A stretch of 64,000 nucleotides of DNA from Phallusia mammillata (GCA_965637545.1 OZ281498.1:10168001-10232000), one strand, 5' to 3'; shown: positions 38,201 to 53,200, counted from the first letter of the stretch. Numbers and translations: made by a program. The notes: generated by a model from the letters alone, not told the origin.

Positions 38201-41200
38201 AATGTATGTTGAAAATCAAAGGACAGATGACTTTAAAAATCAATGTTTCTTAAAATAAGTCAGTTGGAATTTATTTTATTTTCAAACAAATTGAAGATTT
38301 TTGCTCAATAATTACTTCATTTTCCAAAACCTTCCGCCACTGTAAGGCTCCTCATCGTCATAATCAGGAGTAACAGGCCAAATCTGCTCATATTCGGCAT
38401 CAACCGTGTTTCTGTCACTGGTCTCACTGAAATAAAATCATTCAATACAGTCGCAATAATAAGTTTATGTATTTTGCAAAAGGGTCGTTTATAAACTGTT
38501 AAGTGTTTTGCTTCTGATTTTTTTAATGTTCAATTCTTTAAATAAAGTATAGTTTGAAGTGAAATCAATCCTGCAGCCGCCATTGGTGAAATACATATTC
38601 TGTGCAAAACTGTGTATACCGGTTGATTCTGTTTGGCACAGGGTTTTATACAGTGGGTTTTGGATTGTATCTCTTTGAATATTAACAAATATTTGCGCAT
38701 TAACACCTATCTTTATCATTTGCATAATTGCCATTATTAATGTAGCATGCAATAGCTGTTTTTATTGAAAACGGAATGGTGGTTTCCAAACGTTTCAGAA
38801 TGCAAGATAACTACGTTGTATCCTTCCACAGTTGAATGTTTGTTTGGATCAGTTTTGTGTGTTTTTATTATGTTACCTTGAAACTTCAAGAAGTGGTCCA
38901 GGTATTGCGAAGTTGTCGCTTTGACCAACTTGTCCCAATTGAACGTCACTTTCGCCAGATTCAGCTTCCAGAATGTTAAAGTTACCTTTTAAAATTAAAA
39001 TTAAAATAGTGATGAACTTCAAGTTGATTAATTAATTTGTTCCCCAATTTTATCTTTTATCTTGCTTTTATTTATGCATGACTGAGTTTAACGTCTGTGT
39101 CTGTACATATTGCGAAGCGGTTGACCTCTCACTCAGCCTGTTTGGTTTACTAGTCGTTGGGTTAGAATATTCAACTCATTTTAGCTACATATGTATGTTA
39201 CAAGTTGAAGTTTATTAACAACTTGTTTATATCATTCTACTTGAATAAGAATAAGCAAAAAAAGGTTACAATTACAATTTTCTTTGTATCTCGTTTGGTT
39301 GCAGACACTAATAATACTGTTTTCAGATGAATGCATTTTAAGCCAAATGACAAAAGACCCTTTAGTTCAAAATGATAACACAACTCGACAAACTTCACAA
39401 TAATGAAGTTAGTTATATGGAAATTTACCTTCACTGTCAGAAGACATAGACGTAACGGTTTTCAAAAGGACTTTTCCAGATTGTTTGTAAGTAGCAACAA
39501 ACTGGGTCTGGTAGTTCTTTTCTTCGTATATTAGACCTGCATGAGAAACACATAATTGTCAACAAAACTGCAGTAATAAAAACCAGAAAACTACAAAAAC
39601 AACAAAGTAAAACAATTCTTAAACTACAAAACTGAATGATGTGTCGGTGGTAATCCACTCCAACGTTAGTAGATGTAGTTTTTATCAAAAATGTTCGGGA
39701 TTACACATCAATAAATCAACTTCCCCAATCGAACCATTGAAACCAGGATAACGGACAGTCAACGTAGCGGACAAAAGGTTGATAAACACGACAAAAAGAA
39801 TCATTTTCCAGATTAATCTAACCTGATTCTTCTGAACATTTTGCGAATCCGACAAATCTTTGTGAGTAGGGTGAAGACCGCAGGAAGGTAACACGACCTG
39901 ATCCGTTTGCGTGACTAAGAGGAATATGAACGCATTCAGTCACGTTAAAAGCCCAGATCCAACATTGCTCAAGAGGCTTAGCGGAACAAGTTGAGTGACA
40001 TTCGGGAAGGGATAAAGATCCTGTGAAAAAAAGAGGCTTTTCAGTATCAAGTCGTACGATCAGACCGGACATGGCCTAAATGGGTATACTATTGGTCTAG
40101 TCACCTTGATTCTGAACACCCGTGAGATTGGTTATAACAGGTTCAAGTCTTCCAATGATACAAAGGTTGTCGTCTGAATCACGTGATCCTGTCATAAATA
40201 AACAAATAACGTTGACAGTATGTAAAACACATCTTACAATCTGCGCAGTGGTATTGCTTTGGACACATACAAATTATTGCCTTTACCCTGATAAAAACAT
40301 GTACAACTATATATACAAGTATATAAACTTACAAGTAATAAGTCTGGCAAGTAATATGTCTGGCAGAATATTTTTTCCACTATTTGTTTAAAGGAAAAGT
40401 CAAACATTTCCTCATGGGAAAATACAGTTGACTGTTCAACTGAGGTTAATAATTGTGATACCTGTAGCATGTACGGACAACGCCGAATCTCCTCCACATG
40501 TTTGTGAGCTATACACTAGACACCGATAGAAACATGAAGATTCCTTGCTTAGACCAGAACCGCCGAACGAAACTCCACATCTACACTCATCACGATCCTA
40601 CAGCATAACAATGTACACTTACATACAACAGAAACTCAGCCCCATTGGTAAGTTGTTAGCACCCTAATGAGAAAGTAACGCCTTTAGACATCCCCTTACG
40701 TGGTATTAAATAACCTGTTTGTCACGATCGTGTAGCATAAAAAGCAGACACCCATGTTGATCTGAAATTAAGAGCCCCTACACTGTTTATTTTGCCACAT
40801 TGTAACAGTTACACGTCAACTTATTTTTGGTCTAAAGCCCTTTTCAGGGATTTGCCTTTAGGTCAGTCTCAAACGTAAGTCACCAATTAACACTTCATGG
40901 CAAAACAACGGCTTGATCTTTGGCCTAAAATGTTTTGGTTTCAAACTTAACCTGAACTACCTATTTGATAAACGAAAGACTACCTATTTCCAAACTGCCT
41001 TTTCAGATGTAAAAAATACAAAAATATCTTACCGATTGTCCAGCAGTACTTTTTCTCTGAAAAAAGAAAACCGATTTGAATGCTTTGTGGTAATCGGCAA
41101 ACAACTAAAATTAAACAACTGACCTGCAGACCAGCAAAGGGATAACCCGCATCAGAACAACTCGACAAGCAAGTGTCTATCGTAGCACCGGTTTTCATAG

Positions 41201-44200
41201 CAACGAAGTCAAATTCGGCATAAGAATTGTCTTCGTAACACCCAAGGTATGCTAAAATTTGGTTTGTTTATAACCGAGAAAATATGAATATACAAGAGTA
41301 CTATTGAACAATATTTTGCCTATGCTTTTTTTGGCACTAAACGAAACATTTTAGTCATTGTGTTATTAGAACACAAATATATGCTCAAATAATTGCCAAT
41401 GAACCGTATTTACTTAATGTTACTTTACTATTTACTTAAAACTTCAATCTTTTCTTGCAGCATTATTTTGTCGTAACTTATAAGCAAAAAGAAGTCAGTG
41501 AACTTACTGGTTTTTAGTCGCTTGACGTCGCAACTCTTGGTTTCCATAAACGCTCCTGGTGATGACATCATCGCTACGTCATCCAGATTGTCTTGGCGAT
41601 AGACGTAATAACAGTTTGCATCGTCGTTGTTGTTAATAGAGAAACTCCAGGCAAAACAATCTATGTTCATTTGACAGTAAATCTGCAATTACAAATAGTG
41701 GCTTAAGAAACGTTTCTGTTAAAAAGTGTCAAATTACGACCACACAATAAAAATGTTTTTGGTGCAGGAGTTCGTCTTTTATTTCCAAATACATTTGTTC
41801 TTGTTTGGTGTTAATCGTATGATGGGTAGTGACTGCCCAACTATTTGGATTCTAATGTGCAGAAATCCGTTAACTTAATTCGGATACAAAAGTTGAGTAA
41901 TTTGTTCGGCGTGTATATAGGTGATGCTGCTGCAAATTTAATATTTTTTTATGTGCATGAAATCACCATGTGTAGCCTATCATTAGTAAAGAACCATGTT
42001 TTGTCTAATTGCATATTCTGATTATCTGCAAGAATGAATTTGGCAAGCTGGATTGATATTATTGCTTTGTCCTGTGTTACAAAATATTTATCATGTATAG
42101 CGCTCGTCGATATAAAATCTTTCAATTTTTGTGACCTGGCATTTTATAAGGTCAGGATCTCCGAAATCGTTCACTGCGTTAACGGGTTTCCCTCGGAGGA
42201 TGACGTCACGCTTCGAGAAGCAACTAAACCAGGGAATATCTGAAAACAACGAGATTCCATTTACGACGATTCCTTTTTCGTTTACAACAGTGTTCAGTGT
42301 TTTGCCACCTTTTTTCACACTCATAAAACGTTTTGGGTTGAGCAACCAAATTAAGTGAAAGAAGCAATTTAACAAACACGCTTTGTAATTTACTCTATTC
42401 TTTGCTGTAACATCAAATTTGTTACAGGTCATTGGGCACTGGTTGCAGCCAAACGATTTTGTTGACACAGCATCTAATAAAAAGATTTTTGACCAATTTA
42501 TTTGCTCCGGTAGCTCACCACTAACTGCTGCGCCATTCCCGTTGTATGTTCCATCATATGATATCACGTCTCCATGATTTGTGCAGCCGGTTATATCTGA
42601 AAACTTACTCGTGAACTTTTGTACCAATATTTTTGTCTGCACTTCTCTTTTTTAATGTTAAAATAGACTTTTGATGCAGTGCAGTTTTTTACTGCTTTTA
42701 ATTGTATAAATTTGGTATACTTCAGTCATTACACTAGTGCCAATATTTTGGTTTACAATTTATTTTTGAAATAAGTTTAGCTTTTGCTGCAGTTCATTGT
42801 TGTACTTTTTATTGTATAAATATGCTACCATTCAGCCATGTTGTACACCAGTGCCCCATTCAATAGACAATACCAGTTGATCATTGTTTTTATTTTGTTT
42901 GTTGTTAATTTAATTACATCAGTTACCACCAAAATCATAGAGAACAAACCTGAACCGTTTTTGATTGTATAGAGACGGTGCATCCCTGAAACAGCAAAGA
43001 AGTTAAAATCTACAACGTCACACTTTGGTCGATCACTCATCGTTTCAAGGTCGAATGAGTCAATCGCCGCGAAATATTCGCTGTGAAAATATGAAGCAAT
43101 AGTTAAGTCCAGGAAAATTTATGTACTAAACCAGTGGTTCCCAACCAGGGCCCATGGCCCCCCAGGGGGGCCACGAGCTGTGTCCAGGGGGGCCACGGGC
43201 GTAGATTCACAAGAAACACCTACTAAAAGTCATTTTCACTTTAACGTTATTCCTGAGTTTAATGGACTATTTCACATACTATTTGTTTATACTGAGGTTT
43301 ATCATGCTCATTTATTCTATTAGACCTGTTTAAGGCCAAAAATAATACCGCATTCCAATGTGAGATTGCTATCTACATTTTAAGGGGGGCCACAGGTCCT
43401 ACAGGGTTACTTTAAGGGGGCCACGAGGCCAAAAAGTTACTTTAAGGGGGCCATGGTCCACGAAAGGTTGGGAACCACTGTACTAAACCATTCTTTACCT
43501 CTTCACGGAAGTCAAGAAGTCTTCATGAACGCAAGCAATGTTGTCGAGATCCGGTTGTTCCCCTACTGGTAGAACGAAATCGGACAGTGCTTGATAATTC
43601 TTTGGACATTTTATCTTCCAAAAAGCGCACGCTGCCGAGTCACACAAGCCAATTTGTATTGGTTTCAATGGTGCCGCAATGGACGCTGTGTTGTTTATTG
43701 ACCTAACATGTGCAACAACAGTCCAAACATTAAGAATTGCAAAAACTTTTAACACGTTAGGTACATGTTTTAAGCGAATTGGTGTGTAATTTGTGGTGAG
43801 GGTTTGTAAACAAAAAAGTAGACAAAAACAAACAAAAAATTAAATAAACCTATGTAATAAATGTACAAAAAAATATTTTGTGCTAACAAGCTTGAAAACA
43901 CAATATATTACATTCAATATAAGTCGGTGTTTCAAACCAATTAGTATTAAGCCACATCACTTTTGGGGGCCATCACACAGAATTTAGTACCCACAACCGA
44001 CGGAAATCTTACAAACCAAGTTGACATTAAAACCTACACTTCAAACAACCAATTTCTGGCAAGGTTTTAATCTCACCTTGCCACATACGAAAAACTTTCG
44101 TAGTCCGCACCATCAACTGCCACTTGTCCAATAATTTTATATCCTTCCATCGGCTCAGCTTGCCAGAATGAGTAAGTAAAATCTTCAAACGAGGACACGA

Positions 44201-47200
44201 CAATTTCTTGCACCTTATTCGATGCTCGTGTTTTCTTTAGATAGAGACCCATGTCCACTGCACTGCTGTATCTCATGGTAGACTTCGTTTCTGATATATA
44301 ACAACAAAATTTTTGTATGATTATGATAGTCGAAACTTGCAGGATGTACTAATACTGAAATTGCCATGTCCATGTATGCTTACAAACGATTCCTGTTACA
44401 GTTATTTTCTTTCCAGCACTGATGATGCCATATTTGGGGGCGTCATCGATGTACGCAGTACTTTACAACAGATATACACATGCCGATTTGAATGTGCTAA
44501 AAATTTCAACTTTTACACTTAAAATATTGATTTTGGACACTTCAAAACAGCAAAACTTGCAGAAGTTGTATAAGCGTTGTATTTTTGTGTGAGCAACGTT
44601 TATTTCCCAACGCATGCTTACTAAAGAGTGTGAATTTTGTTGCAATTTTAAGAGTTCAAAATTTGTTTTTTTTGGATCAGCTTGATTAAAAACCGGTCAA
44701 TCTCAATCTCTAATCGTTTATATTTTCAAGATTTCATAAATGATTAACAGATAAACAACGAAAATGCGGATAAACGAAAATTTGGGTACAACTTACTTTG
44801 ATCGAATGGTCTCAATGCGTACAAAGTGATATCGGGTTTAGTTTCGTGATTTGCCGCTTTCACAAACCCAAAGTCCAGACTGGAGTTATTTTTAGCGACT
44901 GGTAGTGCTACTGGCCAAATTGATGCCTTCCCATAGTCGGAACTGTTAACGTACCTGTCAAATACCAAAACAACACTTAATCTTCATATATCTTAAGAAT
45001 CGTATGCTGCGTAACAGAACAGTAGTTCTTAACCTTTGTTGACCTCTAACTTCGATGAAAGTTTTCATCCCTTACCTACAATAGCTAGAAGCAAATTCTA
45101 AAGTTTTACAGCTTTTATGCAAATTAAGTGCTGTAGCTGTAAAAACGTCATTCGTTAGTTCTTAACAATTCCAAACTTTTTAATACAAATAGGCCCCAAA
45201 CAGCCTTGAATATTTGATATTATATGACGTACACCCTACTTTTGTGCTAGGTACCCACAGGGGGTACATATAACCCTGGTTGTGGACCGCTGTACCAAAA
45301 ATTAACAATGTATACATTATATAGTGTTCATGATAAGCTCCCATACTTACGTTTTTGCTAAAAATCATCGTTTACTTTACACAGTCTTATATTACAGCAA
45401 TAACTTACACGCAAAATACCAATGGGCTGAAACCTTAACGTAGATTCGTTTAAAACAAATATTAGCATTTTATGAATTTTCTTAACTATATGCCTATTAG
45501 GAGTTAACGTTGTGTGAAACAGTTTGCAATTATTTCTGCTAGCTTGTAAGCCTTGCTATAACTTACCACAAAGGCTGTTCGACAGCTTGACTCGCTACAG
45601 CGAACTCCTTCGAAATACATCGGTACTTGTCTTTGAGAAAACTTGAATTTCGCGAGTTCATCGTGAACGCAGGAAAAGGTGCCGCCATGTCACCAAGAGT
45701 AACAAAGCCTTCTGGACAATTCATGTGCCATAAGGATCCATTGGTGAACTTGGGACTGGCTGGGTATCCGATTGACCAATAGCTGGCCATCTCAATGGGC
45801 GCGGCAAGGGCGTTGCCCGAAATGGATCTTAAAGTAATGGATTATGGAAGTTATATATTTTGAAAGAACAGTCCTTTTCAAATAAGAAACAAGGCAAAAA
45901 GTAAGCTGCAGATAGTGCACACTGTTTCGACCTATAAGGTATCATCAGTGCAAGTGGTGTTTGCCCACTTGTGGCATCGCACAGATTAGGTGAGGCATGG
46001 GTTTTTACCTAATTACTCCCAACACACTGGATGGCCGTTGAATGGCTACACTAGCCAATACGGCCGACCAGCTGGGTCCAAACAGTGTGTACTGTCTGCA
46101 GCTTATCATTTATTGGCTCCATGCTTTTACAAGGCAAAAAGTGACATGTAAATGACACTGAAGTATTTTAAACGTGTTGAGATGTAATGAATTTACATCT
46201 ACCACAAAAAGGTATTTGTTTGTCAAACAAGGGGAGAGAGATAGTCACATTAAACGTCGGATGAGTGATACCAATTAAACAAGTACAAAGTTTTGAAAAT
46301 ATGCCGGGTAACAACACTACATTTAAATTACTCAAGTTTGTTTAAAATACAACTGACCTAACCTAACTCTTGTTACCACGCAGCAAACTACAAAACAGTG
46401 ATGACTTATCAAACCAGTTTCAAATACAGTACAACATGTTTTTTGCTTTAAAATACCTGGCCATCACTGCTTTGATTATTGGTGGCTCAGTTAGGCCTTC
46501 AACAGCCGTGTGTCCAATCACATAAAACTCGTTGTTAGGATCAACTGGTTCCCACATACTGATCGGTTTATTCGAGTGATCCCACTTAAACGTATTTTTC
46601 CAATTCCAGCCGGTTCGCAACTCTAGTTCGCTCCCGTTTTTCTTGCTGATGAAGATTTCACCTAAAATGTGTTTTCGATTGATTTAAAAATGTCCGTTGT
46701 TATCTTTAAATTAGTCCTCAGCTGAATTTCATAGCTGTTCGTTAATTTGTGACTAACCAAGTTTCATGCATGACTGGTTTTATCACGTGGCAACTTGCAT
46801 TAGATGTTTACTTTAAAAGTGTTTCTTCGTCAACTGTTGTATGTTCTACGATTGCGTTTATTAATCATCTGCTTATGATTCTATTTGAATAAGGCAATAA
46901 ATTAATTTCACTTCTATCCGAATAAAATTTAAGTTATGCAGTTAAACTTTTGTAAAACACAATCGCATTAAATGTGTTCTTCCTCGCCTATTTCGATAAA
47001 TGTCAAATTTTATGTTGGCTGAAAACAAAATACAAAAAACAGCAACCCAAACTCGAAGGCAAGAAACACCCTGCAGGGTTTAATGTACCTGGATCTTTGT
47101 TTCCCCACGCACAGTGAGGTTGAATTGTATCGTAATTTGCACTGATTGGACGTAGATGGTAAACATCAGGTCTCGAGTTGCGAACGCTTGAAGTCGCCAC

Positions 47201-50200
47201 CCACGCGTTTTCGTTCCCACCTTGACAGTTCTTTACACGCCACAGTTTCAAATCCCCATCTGCAGTGGATTCGTCCGACCTATGACACAACAAACTGTGT
47301 TGTTAAGGCACTATAGTTTTGTCAAAAACGTACATACGCTGTATGGGATGTTATCATTGAATTTGTTACCGACTGCATTGAATACTTCTTGTTTGTATTC
47401 TTGACTAAGTTTAATACATTACTGTGTTTTACTGTAATATGTTTGCATCGTTAAATCTTATGTACCCAGAACATAAGGCACAAATGCAGTGACTTTGTAC
47501 AAGTTGGTCTATAACACCGAGTAATAAAACCAAATAATGTGCATTTTCAAAATGGGAAGAGGTTTGGCCCCTTCGTGACCAAGCCAATAATTTTGTCTGT
47601 TTGTAAACGAATCTTGCTTAAACGATTGGCGATGTACAATTTTCAGGTTAAAGACAAAACTAGCAGTTGGATTCTACAAAAGTTAAGGCTTTTATATTGG
47701 CTTTGTAAAACCATCAAAACATGAAGGCTGTCCGTTAACCCCAAATATGCACATTGTTTGAATGTGGCACTGTAGTTAAACATACTTACCACATTGATTT
47801 ATCGATGTAACCTTTATAAAGAAACTCTTCATGTACACAAACATAACGATCCAGTTCTGGTTGTGTTGAATCCATTAGAACAACGTCTCCCAAAGCGTGG
47901 TAAGCTGCCGGACACTACAATTACAGAACTGTTATATTTGGATTGTCAGCCATAATGAGTTAAAACACTTTGCAGTCACAACACAGTCAACCTACCTGCA
48001 GATTCCAGAACGTATAATTGACAAGTTGAGATGGATCGTGGAGAGCATGGTGAACTTGAGCACCGCGCACGTAACCAACCATGTTTGCTCCTGAAGGTAC
48101 CACAACTGCCTTCCCTTGTAGGTTTCTATTTTCAAGAAACGAACATTGACGTTAGGAAACATAATGTAAACACTAAAGTCCGCTCGAAGGCAGCGTTTCA
48201 GTACCGGGGATCATGCCCATGCAGAGTATCGGTCTTATCTAGTGACATCCACCATTAAATTGCCATTTCCCCACTTACCCTTCGACTTTGTTTATAAAGT
48301 TACTATAAGAGGCCACAGACTAGAGTTTCTTGGAATCCCGGACAATTTCAGCAAAAAATTCCGGACAGAATCCCGGACAATTTCAGCAAAAAAATCTATC
48401 CCGGGATATCCCGGGACAAAAATTGATTGCTTTTTAAGTTGCACGCTCCAACCAGGGGTGCGAAACCCACAGGGTTTCCGTGAATTAAAGGATTCCCGAG
48501 GTTTCATGTAACAATTCAAACAGGAATGATAAATAATTCTGTTGTTGCGAACATTACAACAGTGTTAGAACCCACGTTATAGCTATTTAGTTTGTCAAAT
48601 TCGCGTTATAGCTCTCTCTTTAAAAATTCCCAGACGACCGAGTGGTTATAGCACCATCGACGTGTGTCACAAGCTTGTGGGTTCTAATCCTATCTCGGTA
48701 GCTTTGTTTCCCTGGGCAAAAAACTTGAGCGGCATTGCCCCAACCCAGTGGAACATGATGAGTTGAACTAAATTGGACTCATCAACCGCCTTAATCGAAA
48801 ACTGATTTCAATTAAAAAAAATAATTTTAATTTTAAAAATATTTTTAAACTTGGAATATAACAGGCAGCTCTACGACGGCCTCGTGAACATAATGCATTT
48901 ATGCTTAGCCGGCCCACTAACAATAAATAATGAAGAAAACAAACAAATGTTTTAAATTTGACAAAAATCGAATAAAATTCCGGGATTTCCCGGGATTAGG
49001 GTTGTTTTTGTCCCGGAACTCAGGGATAAGCCAAAGTGGCAAATTTGAGAAACCCTACCACAGACTATAAAATGTTGAGAAACCAAGTGGCTGAGAACCA
49101 CTGCTATATAGTCTACTGAGGATACTTTTAAGCACATGTGGCATCAACTGTAATCAACAACAAAAACAAAAACATTCAATCTCAAAAATAAGGCAAGATT
49201 GCTAAAAGTAGTGTAGTAAATTATTATGCTTATGTTTTTTGTGTATAACCCACCTGTACGCATCCAATTCGTCCTGATACTGTTCATATAACGAAGCATG
49301 TTGGGTTCCTGCTACCCAATCATTGCCAGGTATTTGGGCGTTGAAAAAATACAATGGATTATTTCCACGGCTCTTCATGGTAAAGATTTGTTTCGAGGGA
49401 AAGCGTTCCACCTGCATGGCTGCGTACTCCTCTTGTTCATAAAGTTCACGTCCCCTTGAATCTGCATTAAATCACATTTGTTTTGTTAGATTTATTCGTT
49501 AAGATTAATGCAAATGGTATTTCTTGCCTTGTGTTTTTGTTACAAGGTTGTAAGGTCTGCTGTTTGAACCCAGGGTAAAGAAACCAAAGTCTGTAGTTTG
49601 TAGCAGTTGATTTTTATTCAGGTATCTGCAAAGAAATTCATGAATTAGACTCAACACAAAAATTGTAAGTAACAAATGTTTATATTATTTGCAAATTTCA
49701 TTCTACACAACGGAAGAAAGTTGTAAACTAGCGTTTAACCAATAACCGCCGAAAACCGCCGGCTTTTGTTTTAACGCATGCGCAAGTGTGAAGATTCTTA
49801 CATTTGTTTGACTGTTCCGTTGTGTAAGTACGAGTTGTGTACACAGCGATGAGTATCCAAAATATCTTGCTTCGCAACGTTATCCGGAAATACAAAGCTC
49901 CCTAAAGCCTGTAAAATGTCCATAAAATTGCAATTTGTTGAACTTATATATACAAATATTTCAATTTGTGTTAACTTATAATTATTATGCTAACAATTGT
50001 TTCAATAAAAGGTTTGGGCACATAAATTTTTGACAATATTTTGACGGGAAATCTGGAGCCATATTTTTTTACATCACCTTGTAACCAGTTGGACAGATCA
50101 GTGACCATACGGTTCCGTTAAAAACTGATTTAATGCCGGTTGCGTCCCATGGTGCTGCAAGAGGCTCTCCAACCATATCTCTGCACACACAAGAATGTTG

Positions 50201-53200
50201 AAAAAGCTAGCAGATATGGGAAATATAAAAAAAAAATTTCATAACTTCACAAAACACAATAAGCAAAATAAAAACGATCGTTCAGGTATCACTTACAAAA
50301 TTATCACACAAAACTACATGTAAAACCTACTTTGCTATAACTAAATGGGAAACATTTTCGCCTTGCTTAGTAATCGGCTGCCCTATAATGTAATATCCTG
50401 GGTAAATGTTGGTCAAGTGGTAAGCAGAGATAGCTGTGTTTCCACTGGTGAAAATGCTGTGCTGCTGGGGTAGTGTGGATAGGGACGGTTGAAACGCTTG
50501 CATCAACATAGAAGTGACGTTTGAATCGTAGATTGCCACTGTATAATGTAAAAAGAATTATGGCTGGTTTGAGCAGATAGAAAACCAAATTTAAAAAACA
50601 AAGATTAATATCAATAAAGTGGGTTTATTTTTTCTGTGTGACAAAAATGTAAAAAAAGGAGAAAAGTGTTCCAGGAGGGAAATGTTAGTTAATAAGGTAT
50701 TCGTTATTCTTAGTAAACTGAACGAAACTTAAATACATTTAGAAACAATGATGCAGAGTCAACCTCACCTCCTTGACTATTACTATCCCGATTATCTACA
50801 TTAAATTTCAAGAATTGAATTGTTATGCTTTTATAACTACCCGATTTTCATACATGACTTATTGGTCCATGCTGCAAGTGGTAACTTGCATGACCTTGCA
50901 CTTAATTTGACTTTTAAGTTATAGCCTAAATAGTGTACAAGTGAAATTCAATTGGATTTTATTTTCAATGGGTTGTCATGTCAACTAATCTGTTTATGGC
51001 ATGTGATTATTTAATTAGTTATATGTTTATTCCATTTGAATAAGGCAACATTTTAAGTTTACTTACACGTTTCGTTGAAGCAGACTCCAAAACCAACCGC
51101 TGACCCTTTGTAAAATGATATTGTGACGTTGTGGTCACGCATAACTAGTGACGACACCTGACTACACTGCCCACTGCTGAATGACCACAAAAGACACGTT
51201 TTGCTTTTTCCACATAATCTTCTACATTCCACGTTAGATGTAGCAGCTTTAAAGTAAAGTTCAGTATTAGGGAGGCTTCCGAAAATGCTTCAGTATGTAA
51301 AAATGTCTACTGTATAGTACTTACAAGAAGATGGCAGTTTGGAGTTTCCTGTTACCTCTAATTTAATGTCTGGTATCACACATTCACCAGAAGCGGATGC
51401 TGAAAAAAATCAATGAACTTGCTGTGTATAGATTAGGGCTAGGCATATTTTGTATAGTTTTCTAGTAGAACACAAAAGTCAGTTAAACACACAAAGAAAA
51501 TAAATTACTATTGTAATTCCACTACATTGACTGGCTAAAAAATGAGTGTCAATACCAAGCTAGGTTTGAGAGGCAAGTGAATTAAATTGTGTGTTTTCAC
51601 TACTCGAAGCATTAACGCATTGAAATCAGTGTCCCTTGAAAGATCGAACCTCTATGTTATACTGTATAGTAAACCATAATTCGCGTTGTTTCAAGGACCC
51701 CGCGAAAACACTATACGTTTAAGCCAAGATGAGAACATGGCAACCCCAAGTGTATGTGTCAACCAGAATTTCATCGAAATGGGCTACAAAGAGAAATAGA
51801 ACGCCAGTCAACATCAGTCCGAATTTACTACCACATTGATTTTGCATTTCCCAGTTTAACATTTACTGGCTACAGTAAGACATAAACGTTTAGTTCAATA
51901 TGCTAAAACTTCGGTTACAAACCTGGATCAGTCTGGGCGAATCCCAGTGTAGCACCGGGTGAACTTTCAACTTTCACCTTCATCCCGGTTTGGGAATAAA
52001 CATGGTAACAGTTGCCGCTGGAACCAAACTCACGACTCCAAGACAAACAGGTAAAGTCAATCAAGCACGAATCCTGCACAATAAAACGAAAAACATAAAA
52101 GCATGTGGATCAAATTTCGACCCCGAGTACCTATTCAACACCTGACCTTTTAATCTTCATCGCTTTTATCAACAAGTGTACTTGCCATTCGCGTACCACC
52201 AAATGCACCATAATAAATTACAACATTTATAATCAAAATTACCTACATGTACACCTGTCATTGCACTGTTCTCTTGCCCTTTTTACTGTGTTAACATGCT
52301 TCTTTTTTACATTTCATTTCAGAATGACATAAGAACTGTCAAAAAGTTTTTTTCACAAATTTGGTGGTAAGTTTCTTATCAAAATAAAAGCAAGCTGCTA
52401 AGAAACCAGCTGATTTATGTTACCACTTACCCTACAATGTTCCAAGCTTCTGCTGTTGACAAGCTCTCCTTTGAACAGCACGCCACGTTTTGTAAAGTTC
52501 TGGATGTTTAATAGGAATGTGTCAAAGACACTTTCTGAAATAAAACTGAATGTAATTATGACCAGAAGCAACAGTACTCCCGTACCATAAACATTTTACA
52601 CAAAACGCTTTCCAAATAGATCCATAAGCATCTTTCATGCCGAATCAAATACGCCAGATCCATTGAAGGCGTAGTGCCAAATCAGTCGGTCAAAGAGCAT
52701 TCGCATATGGCAAGGCGTTGGCTAGAACAATCTAGCCTGTGGTGGGATTCGAACCCACGATAGGAGTGTTCTACATAGGCTCAGTGGTGAGCCCGCCGAA
52801 AGTTGAATCACAAGCAGCATTGTCTGCCTTGCATGCCGCACATGTCAGCATCGTAGGGGATCGCCAGATTGACCAGTATTCAGTTAAGGTGAACATAAAT
52901 TCATAACTGGGATCAGCCAAAATCATGGTTGTCGGACTGCATGAACGCTGCAGGGCTGATCCCAGTTAGAAATTTATGTTGATCATAAAATTTATGCTTC
53001 TACGTCTCTTCAGATTCTTATTCAACTAGAATCCAACTCTTGCCAGAACTTAATTTGTGCCGTTTGGATATCTGTTACATCTTACCTCCACGCTCTTGAA
53101 TTCCACCAAAATAGCTGTAGAAATCAAAATCTGTGTTAGTTGCTAAATTCTGCGCCGTACCGATGAATGGTGTAGTTGTTGCAACTGGTGTGGTTGTTTT

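Noticed and set aside
39437-39688. TM-like ORF (RIVLLCCFCSFLVFITAVLLTIMCF) suggesting an alternative membrane anchor
   Set aside because: It is the T-rich polypyrimidine tract of the intron before exon 39536; no phase-1 acceptor brings the full hydrophobic stretch into frame
48632-48700. Functional tRNA gene
   Set aside because: A/B boxes are present but I could not fold an acceptor stem or cloverleaf; treated as SINE-like
52851-52860. 10-nt match (reverse complement TCCCCTACGA) to the ribozyme start
   Set aside because: No P2/P3 partners nearby; plausibly a chance match at this length
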